From: Thermoplasmatota archaeon
GTDB taxonomy: Archaea; Thermoplasmatota; Penumbrarchaeia; Penumbrarchaeales; Penumbrarchaeaceae
Length of the DNA stretch: 51,914 bases
Assembly (NCBI GenBank): GCA_029762535.1
Contig: JARVGK010000022.1
Location: 1-51,914, forward strand
Direction of reading: 5' to 3'
The notes under the pieces were generated by a model that was not told the DNA's origin, searched no databases, and worked only from the letters and a program-made list of their open reading frames with translations. Each line of letters begins with the position of its first letter. Positions within the stretch are counted from its first letter, which is position 1. Shown here one piece after another: positions 1 to 9,800 of this stretch. A program made the translations under genes and the position numbers.

Positions 1-1
1 G

Positions 2-373
2 GATGCAGGGGAGGATCAGGCCATAGAAGAGGAAGATACGGTACATTTCGATGGAAGCGGCAGCTACGACAATGTCGGGATCGTCAATTATACCTGGAGC
101 TTCTACGATGGTTCGAGCAGTGTCATGCTCTACGGGATCTCCCCTTCTCACACCTTCTCGATCCCCGGGGTCTATACAGTGACATTGACGGTGAAGGATG
201 AGGCGGGGAACGAGGGATCCGATACTATGAAGGTAGAGGTCAAGGAGAAAGAAGAGAATGGTTCGGATCATATCTGGTTAATAATACTTGGATCCATCAT
301 TGTTGTCATAGCGATCCTATTGATGACTTTATTGTTCGGATCTCGAAGAAGGGGAAGATCTTCGGAAGAGTAA
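2..373 (+). CDS. 5'-truncated PKD-domain surface protein with C-terminal TM anchor
   Basis: Frame is open from nt 2: DAGEDQAIEEEDTVHFDGSGSYDNVGIVNYTWSF...HTFSIPGVYTVTLTVKDEAGN is a typical PKD repeat, followed by a hydrophobic helix and an RRR stop-transfer signal. Confidence 0.85.
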   Translation, partial: DAGEDQAIEEEDTVHFDGSGSYDNVGIVNYTWSFYDGSSSVMLYGISPSHTFSIPGVYTVTLTVKDEAGNEGSDTMKVEVKEKEENGSDHIWLIILGSIIVVIAILLMTLLFGSRRRGRSSEE

Positions 374-699
374 GGTTTTTCTCCGTCGATCTCTTCAGAA
401 TCCTCTCGTTCACTGCCCTGATCCCGGCGCCTTGGATATTTTCGTGCAATGAAAAAAAAAACGCTACCTTGGATGCTAATCGCAGGCCTTTACAAAAAGG
501 TGAAGTCCATGTAGTATTAACCATCGTCCATGTTATCGCCCCGCGGCCGGGCAGTTTTGGCACTCGTTCCGTCCCGGTCGTGAACTTTTACCGGGTATGT
601 TCACTTATCGTTAAAATAATGTTAAAAAATATATGCCTACTCTGGTTCAATAATATCAATAATTATTCGACATTAAGTAAAAAATGAAAAAAATATCCA

Positions 700-727
700 G
701 AGATATAAAACATAATTTTTATATCCC
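700..727 (+). promoter_or_regulatory. Putative archaeal TATA-box promoter for the PKS-ACC locus
   Basis: Very AT-rich intergenic region (about 590-730) with TTTTATAT at about 717-724, roughly 95 nt upstream of the ATG at 819. Confidence 0.4.
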
Positions 728-818
728 TGGTCAGATTAAGGGAAAAAGGTCCTTATCGGAAAAGTGAAGTGTATCCGTCCGGACCAAATACTGGGTAAAG
801 CGCCAGAAGGTAATATCG

Positions 819-3800
819 ATGACGCCGACCATACTTGTTTACAATCCACCATCTACAGACGACATATCGGTCATGGAAGCCGCCGCCTCATCAGGGGCGC
901 TGGGGATCCTGGACCTGGAATATATGGAAATAGACTCCATAAAGAGGATATTGTCCTCCCTTGGGTCAAAGGGTTTCCCCTTCGGGATCCGAGCGGATCC
1001 CACCGGCGAGAAGATGATGTTGCTGATGGGGGACGAGAGGCCCACTACCCTAAGGATGCTGGTGTGCATCAGCAAAGGTGGGATGGGGGAGATGATCCGA
1101 AAGAGCATATACGAAACGGCCTCCGGAATGGGTATAGAGGTGGTACAGGAGGTATGCGATCTTGAGGAGGCGGACGAGTCCGCAAGGAGCGGGATCGGGA
1201 CGATAGTGGTCAGGGGGCAAGGTTCCGGAGGGCGCATCGGATCCCTGCCCGAGTTGGATTTCGCATCGAAGGTCAAGACATCGAATCCGAACGTCAAGGT
1301 CCTCGTGATGGGGGATGTCGGCCTAAAGGACATGGATACGCTTGTGAGATCAGGAGCGGACGGGATCGTCCTCGATTCACAGGTGGTCGGGTTTCCCGAT
1401 AGGATGGAGGAGGCAAAGATGCGCGCTTCCGTTCCCACGAGGGTTGTCATGGCGGACATAGGCAAGGGCATGAGGATGAACATGGGGGGCGAGGGAGAGC
1501 GCATAGCCGCAATTGACGCCCAGCTCGCATCATCCGGAGCCGGGGGCAAGGAGAGGTACAAGGCAGTGAGGTCCGAGATAGCATCGGTGATATCCTCCGG
1601 AAAGGACCCGTTCGTTCTCCTAGGTCCCGGAGCCTCGAAACATCTGAACGGTTTGGAGGAGATCGGGGCCTCGGGCCCAACATCGGAAAGGGCCACACCC
1701 GTGCAGAGGGTTCCCGCGATGAGGGAACGGACCGTCACCGTGGACGGAAGACCCGTGCCTCCTGATTACTACGACAACGCCGTGGCGATAATCGGTTTGG
1801 GTTCGGTATTCCCCAGGGGCATAGGCAACGACAATTTCTGGAGGATGGTCCTCGACGGCGTGGACGCGTGCACGGAGGTGCCCCCGGAAAGATGGGACTG
1901 GCGCCTGCACTACGATCCCGATCCAAGTGTTCCGTACAAGACCTATTCAAAGATCGGAGCGTTCATCAAGGATTTCCACATGGACTACAAGGAGTTCAAG
2001 ATCCCCCCGAAGGCCTTCGACCAGTTCGACCTTTTCCAGAGGTACGCGATCAGGGCGACGAAGGAAGCGCTGATCGATGCGAACATATTCGACCGCAAGG
2101 ACCTGGACAGGGACAGGATAGGATGCGTCATCGCCAACGCCAGCGGAGGGGAGAGAAGGGACTGGGTAGCTCTCAGGACCATGTTCGAGGAGCTAGAGTC
2201 ATGGACCCGCTCCATGGAGGATTGGAAGGCCTTTCCCGAAGATGTTAGAGAGAACATGCTCGGGACAATCCGCAAGGCCCTGGAGACGAACGTGTTCGAT
2301 ATCGATGAGGACACGATGCCGGGATCGCTTCCGAACATATCCTCCGGGAGATTGGCCAACATGTTCGACCTGCGGGGGCCGAACTTCATAACCGACGCCG
2401 CGTGCGCCTCGACCATTGCCGCGATATATTCATCCATCAACCAGCTCAACCTGAACCACATAGATATCGGGGTCACCGGCGGGACCGACTCGGGTCACAA
2501 CTCGCATGTTTACATAGAGTTCTGCAAGATAGGAGCGTTGACACCAGACGGCTCGCGGCCGTTCTCGGACGGGGCCAACGGCTTCCTGATGGGTGAGGGT
2601 GCGGGCACTATCGTCCTGAAGAGGATCGAGGACGCGGTAAGGGACAACGACAGGATATATGCCGTGATAAAGGGTATAGCGGGATCCTCCGACGGGAAGG
2701 GCAAGGGCATAACCGCACCAAACCCCAGAGGCCAGACGAGCTCTGTAAAAAAAGCCCTTCTGGATGCAAAGGTCGATCGCTCGACGATATCCTTCATAGA
2801 AGCTCACGGAACCTCGACGATAGTCGGAGATGTCGCGGAGCTGGCGAGCCTTCAGGAGGTATTCGGAGGGTTGCCGAAGGGAACCATAGGGCTCACCTCG
2901 GTCAAGTCCCAGATAGGGCATCTCAAGGCGGCAGCGGGAGCTCCTGGCATGATAAAGGCCGCCCTTGCCATACATAACAAGGTGCTGCCACCTCAGATAA
3001 ATTTCGAGAAGCCCAACAGGTACTTCGATTGGGAAAAGTCCCCTTTCTACGTGATAACGAAGACAATGGAATGGAAGAGGATCGCACAGGACACCCCCAG
3101 GAGATGCGGCGTATCCTCGTTCGGATTCGGCGGTACCAATTTCCACGTGGTCATGGAGGAGTTCGACCCGACCATCTACTCCGCATGGAAGAGGGTAAAA
3201 GAGGCGAACCCCCGTAAGGTCCAGGAGGCATCGTCCGGGCCGGGGGCGCCTCTTGAATACGATATGGAGAAGATATCCGAATACATGGCCAAGAAAGGGG
3301 ACCTGGTGTCGGAGGTTTTCTTCTTCGATTCGGACGATCCCTTGAACATGCTGAAACTGGCGGAGGAGGCTTCTGAAGAGGCCAGGTCCGCGATCAGGCT
3401 AAGGGACGTATGGAAGAGGCCCGAGGGTAAGGGCAGGTACAGGCTGGCGATCGTGGCCAAAGACGCCGCCCATTTCGCGGACCAGATAGCAATGTTGAAG
3501 AAGGTCGGAATGAACGAGAAGGCCCTGATGGCCCTTGCGGCCAAAGGTATATTCGTCGGGGACAGGGAGAGGATACGGAACAGGAAGACATGCCTAATGT
3601 TCCCGGGACAGGGATCGCAGTACATCAACATGTTCAGGGACCTCTCCGAGAAATATTCCATAGTCAGGGACGCCTTCTTCGAGGCGGATGCCGTGATGAA
3701 GGACTACATAGACGACCCTCTGAGCTCGTACGTGTTCAGGGACGTGGAATTGGGGACATCCGAGTACAAGGAGGCTCAGGCGACCCTGACCAGGACCGAG

Positions 3801-6800
3801 TTCAACCAGCCGGCGATGCTGACAGCGGATACGGCGATGTACAAGCTCCTTCGATCGTACGGAGTTGAACCGGACATAGTCATGGGCCACTCCCTTGGCG
3901 AATACGGGGCCTTGATCGCATCCGGGGCGCTTTCGTTCAAGGACGCCCTAATAGCGGTATCCGCAAGGGGCAGGGAGATGAGGGACCTGCCTGTGGAGGA
4001 CCCTGGAAAGATGGCCTCCATAATGGCGGGAGTGGACGAGGTGGAAAAGGTACTATCCAAGATCGACGGATACGTGATAGCCGCGAACAAGAACTGCTAC
4101 ATACAGACCGTGATAGCGGGGGAGTCAGCCGCGATGGACGAGGCGGTGGCGAAGTTCAAGGAGATGGGAATAGAGGCGCAGTTCATCCCCGTTTCTCACG
4201 CGTTCCATTCAGCCGTGGTCGCTCCCGTCAGACCCATACTCAGGAACTACCTTGCAAAGCTGGATTTCAGGACCCCTGCCATACCCATACTTGCGAATAT
4301 CGACGGTGATTACTATCCCGGAGGGGGGGATCCCGATAAGGTGAAGGAGAGGATGCTCGATATCCTCGAGGAGCAGGTCGCTGCATCGGTCGAATGGATA
4401 AAACAGGTGCAGAGGGCCCATGCTGATGGGTGCAACGTGTTCATTGAATCCGGCCCAAAGCGCGCCCTGTCCACCTTCGTATACAACATACTCGAGGAGA
4501 AGGTCAAGAAGGGGGAGGTATTCCCCGTCACATCGAACCATCCAAAAAAAGGCGGCATATTCTCCTTCAACGAGATGCTCGGTTCCCTCTGGGCGATAGG
4601 CTATGATCTGAAGTTCCCGGATGTGAACGACGAGACGTTCTTCGACCCGGGCTTCCTGCACGCTCTGGACCGATTCTCGAAGCCGAGAGAGGCCCCGATC
4701 GTATCACCTCCGGTCGTCATTGAAACACCGCCTGCTCCCCCGCCGGTCTCATCTTCCGCTCCGACCTTCGACGAGTTCATGAGGGAAAACGCAAGGGCGT
4801 TCGAGGATTTCCTGAAGGAGCGGTTCGAAAGCTATGTAGGTAGAACGGGCACCGAGGCTCCCGCGCCGCAGATCCCTTCCAGAGTGGTGGAGAGGGTCCG
4901 GGACAGGCGCAGGATCGTCGTTACCGGGGTATCAATGGGGCTTCCAGGCAGGTTCAAGAAGGTCTTCTCCGAGGATAATTTCGATCTGCTTATCCAGGGA
5001 AGGGACCTCATTGGCACGATCGACCCGTCCCGGAGAGAACGTATCCTCGAGAAGAACATCGTACGTCTAGAGAAGAGGCCGGACGGCTCGGCCGAGATGA
5101 TCAAACTGGACGACGATTCTATGATCGCGCATCTCGCGGGCCTGCTCGGCGATTTCGATCCGGTATCCGAGTTCGGCATACCTCAGAATATCGTGGAGGA
5201 CCTCGATATGACCTCGAAGCTCGCGTTCGCCGCGGGCCTGCTGGCGCTCAGGGACGCTGGGATCCCTCTGGTGAGGAGATATTCCCAGACCACTACCGGG
5301 TCATATCTTCCAGAGGGTTTCGAGCTTCCACAGGAGCTACAGGAGGACACCGGGATCATATTCGCATCCTCCTTCCCGGGAATGAACAATGTGTTCAGGA
5401 ACCTGAAGGAGTTCTACAAGGACAAGGGATCATACACCATGCCCAGGCATATCATGTTCCAGATCCTTGCCATGGCCCATTCACAGTTCGCACAATATAT
5501 AAAGGCGAAGGGACCGAACACGCAGGTGAACTCCGCGTGCGCATCGACCACTCTGGCCATAGCGATCGCTCAGGACTGGATAAGCACAGGCAGGTGCAAG
5601 AGGGTAATAGTCCTTGGCGCTGACGATCCGGCGAACGACGATTCGATCGAGTGGCTGGGATCCTCCCTCCTGGCCCTTGGTGCGCTTACGACAGAGAAGG
5701 ACGTGTCGAAGGCCGCCGTCCCGTTCGACAGGAGGAGGAGCGGGATGATAGTAGGTTCGGGTGCGGTAGGGCTGGTACTGGAATCGGAAGAGGGGCCTCG
5801 CCGAAGGGGGATGACCCCCATCGTTGAGGTACTGGGGTCCCATATCGGCAACTCGGCCTTCCACGGATCGAGGCTCGACATACCTCATATCGCAAGGTCC
5901 ATGGACCGCTTCATCACAAAGATGGAGAGGGAGCACGGACTGCGCCGTGAGGAACTCGCTCCCGACCTGATCTTCATGTCCCATGAGACCTATACTCCGG
6001 CCCGCGGCGGTTCATCTGCGGCGGAGGTGGAGTCGCTGAGGAGGACCTTCGGGGACAGGTTCAAGGACATACTCATAATGAACACCAAAGGTTTCACGGG
6101 CCATGCCTTCGGTTGCTGTATAGAGGACCCGGCCCTTTTGATGAGCATAAGGACCGGGAGGGCGATACCGATCGCCAATCTGGACCCGAAGAACATAGAT
6201 CCCCAGTTCGAGGGATTGAACCTCTCCAATGGCGGGAACCATGAGCGTAGATACGGATTGAGACTGGCCGCAGGGTTCGGATCCCAGCTCGCCTTCGTTC
6301 TGTTCAAGAAGACCTCTTTGGAGGAATTCCCAGAAGATAAGGCAAGGTATGGGTCCTGGCTCCGTGCGATAGCAACGACCGAGCCCGTTGAGCTGGAGGT
6401 CGTACAGAACGTGTTGCGTCTGAGGGACGGGGGGATCTCGAACCTCATCCATTACAGGGCGATCAGGCGCGAGTCCGCCGAGATAGGTTTCGAGAGAGGG
6501 GAGGCTTCAAACATACCAGAGGAGAAGTTCAGCAGGTTCAAGGACGAGATACTCAGGATCTTCTCGGAGAAGACCGGGATCGCCGTGGAACTGATAGACA
6601 TCGATGCCGATCTGGACTCGGACCTCGGTATAGATTCGGTGAAGCAGGTGGAGCTCTTCGCAGCCGCGAGGACGGCCTTCGACCTGCCCAAGGACGAGGG
6701 AGTTAACCTCAGGGACTATCCGACATTGAGGAAAGTGATAGACTACGTCGCCTCCAAGAGCGCATGGGGGCAGGTGGATATCGACACCGCACCCACCCCC

Positions 6801-9800
6801 TCCCCCTCGAACGAGATAGAGAAGAGGATCGTAGAGATAGTCTCGGAAAAGACAGGGTATTCTCCGGACATGCTAGACCTGGACCTCGACCTCGAGGCTG
6901 ACCTGGGCATAGATACGGTGAAGCAGGTGGAGCTCTTCGCCTCGGCGCGTGGCGAGTTCGATCTACCCCGGGACGATACCGTGAACCTCAAGGACTTCCC
7001 GACGCTGAGGCACATCATCGATTACGTCTCGTCCAGGGCCAAGGTCGAGCCTCAGTCCAAGCCGGGGAAGACCGCCCAGCCCTCTATGGAATCTCAGGCT
7101 GACCTTATCCGGGACCGGATCGTGTCCATCGTGGCCGAGAAGACGGGGTATCCCTTGGACATGCTGGAGTTGGACCTCGATCTCGAGGCTGACCTGGGCA
7201 TAGATACGGTGAAGCAGGTGGAGCTCTTCGCCTCGGCGCGTGGCGAGTTCGATCTACCCCGGGACGATACCGTGAACCTCAAGGACTTCCCGACGCTGAG
7301 GCACATCATCGATTACGTCTCGTCCAGGGCCAAGGTCGAGCCTCAGTCCAAGCCGGGAGAGGCCGCCCAGCCCTCTATGGAATCTCAGGCCGACCTTATC
7401 CGGGACCGGATCGTGTCCATCGTGGCCGAGAAGACGGGGTATCCCTTGGACATGCTGGAGTTGGACCTCGATCTCGAGGCTGACCTGGGCATAGATACGG
7501 TGAAGCAGGTTGAGCTCTTCGCCTCGGCGCGTGGCGAGTTCGATCTACCCCGGGACGATGCTGTCAACCTCAAGGACTTCCCGACGCTCAGACACATAAT
7601 CGATTACGTGACATCAAGGGCCTCTATGGGATCGGAGAAGAGCGGGGACGTTTCGAAGAAAGCATCCGTTGAGGAACTTAAGCAAAGTGTTAACAGATGG
7701 GTCCTCCAGGCGGACCCCGCTCCTGCGATAAAGGATGCGAAACCCCGTCCGCTCGAAGGGAAGAGGCTTCTGATGTTGGGGAACGCATCTCCCGATCTCA
7801 TCAGGGAAAAGCTCGGTTGCGAGGTCGTCCGGGTGACGATGGAGGATGTCCTTATGGAAAGAGTGGAGATCTCCGACTTCCATGGGATGCTGGACCTGTC
7901 CATTCTGGATTCGAGCTTCGATCCACTCAAGGACGATTGGAAGATAGAAACGGACAGGGTCATTCTACCGCTATTCAGGATAGCAAAGGGCATGCATGAT
8001 GTGCTGAAGAACGGCGGGACCTTCGTGACGGTCACGACCATGGGGGGCCGATTCGGAACGGATCGGCCTGTGAACCCCCTAAATGGCGCCGTATCCGGTT
8101 TCACCAAGGCATTGAAGAGGGAATACCCCTCGTCCCAAATAATGGTCTTCGATGTAAGGCCCGACCTTGAAAAGGAGGCGCTTTTCGAAAATCTCTCCCT
8201 CGAGCTAGGGGTTTCCGATACACCCCCGGAGGTGGGATGGGACGGAAGACGTTTCATCCCCGCACTGAGGATCATCACCCCCTCATTGGAACCGGGAGGG
8301 ATCAGAAACGGCATGAGGATACTGATATCGGGCGGGGGCACCGGGATCACGTCGGAGATAGCCAGGGGCCTGGCAGATCGTGCGAAGCTGGACCTGCATC
8401 TCATGGGACGAACTTCGCTTCCGAAGGACATAAAGGAATTGGCATCCCTCGACGAGAAGGGCATGGCCGAAAGAAAGGATAGGATCAAGGAGAAGCTCAA
8501 GAAGGGCAAGGACAAGGTCACCCCTGTCATGCTGGAGAGGGAATATTCGAAACTGGAGAAGGCCATATCGATATATCGCCTGATCGAGGATATAGAGAGA
8601 AGGGGGAGCGTGGCACATTACCACAGCGTCGACGTGACGGACGCAAAGGCAGTATCAAAGATAGTGAAGCACGCAGGAGAGATCAACGGTGTCATACATG
8701 CGGCGGGGATAGAGCAGAGCAAACTCCTAATCAACAAGACCGAAGAGGATTTCTCAAGGGTTGTGGACACCAAGATCGTAGGGGCCGCGAACATCATCGA
8801 GGCCACCAAGGACCACCCTCTGGAATTCTTCGTATCCTTCTCATCGGTCGCCGGAAGGTTCGGCAATGCGGGGCAGGCGGATTACAGCGCTGCCAACGAC
8901 ATGCTTGACAAAATGTGGGGCACCGTTCGCTCGCTGCATCCAGATTGCCTCGTGAAGGCCGTAGGTTGGTCGGCGTGGGCGGATGTGGGTATGGCGAGCA
9001 GAGGCTCGGTCAAGACCATACTCGAGATAGGCGGAGTGACCTTCATTCCGATCGCCGAAGGCGTGGAATACGCGATCGCCGAGATGATATCTGGCAGGGA
9101 AAAGGAGGTGTTCTACGCCGGGTCGATGGGCCCCCTGGACAACGAGGGGACAATGAGATGGTCGGAGGGCGTCCATCAACCCTATCCTTTGGGCATCTCC
9201 CCGCTCCTCGACAGCATGGATACCAAAGATGAGATCAATATCTTCAGGAGAAGGCTGGATGGACGCAGGGAGATATTCCTCAACGACCATCGCATAATGA
9301 ACGTCCCTGTACTCCCCGGGGCCATGGGTGTCGAGATGTTCTCTGAGGCCGCTCAGAGGGTCTTGGGCAGCAGGGTCGAGCTCTTCGACGTAAAATTCAA
9401 CAGACCAGTGAACGTCGATCCATTCCTTGATGTGGAGATACACACGAAGGAGGACGGCTCTGGCGCCATCGAGATGGAACTCGTATCCGGTCCAGAGGAC
9501 AAGAGAGTGATACACTTCACCGCAAGGGCACGGTCCATGAAGAAGGAGAAGACCGAACTCATCAAGGGACATCCGATCCGGCCTGGAACGGTCCTTGCGA
9601 GGATATCCGCGAAGGAGATATACCCCCATCTGTTCCTGGACGAACTCTTCCATGTTCTATCAGGAGCAGAGGTGCTCGGAGACGGAGAGTTCCTCGGCGT
9701 ATACGAACCGGTCAAAGGAGATCTAATAGATCCGGGATACGGTTTCTCGAATGCGGATATGGAATACTCTCCTATGCATGTGGAGCTGGGTTTCCAGCTT

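Noticed and set aside
452-461. Poly-A tract as a phase-variation site
   Set aside because: Intergenic and far from the putative TATA box; more simply a terminator-like or low-complexity tract.
306-1165. Short ORFs 306-563, 469-687 and 764-1165
   Set aside because: They lie in the AT-rich promoter region or out of frame over real genes, with no motifs.
6845-7612. Direct repeats as a CRISPR array or mobile element
   Set aside because: In-frame 291-bp coding repeats with no spacers, cas genes or transposase.
839-8566. Long antisense ORFs over the PKS (e.g. 839-1738, 7604-8566) and similar shadows across the window
   Set aside because: Ser/Pro-rich shadow frames of strongly supported genes with no recognisable motifs.
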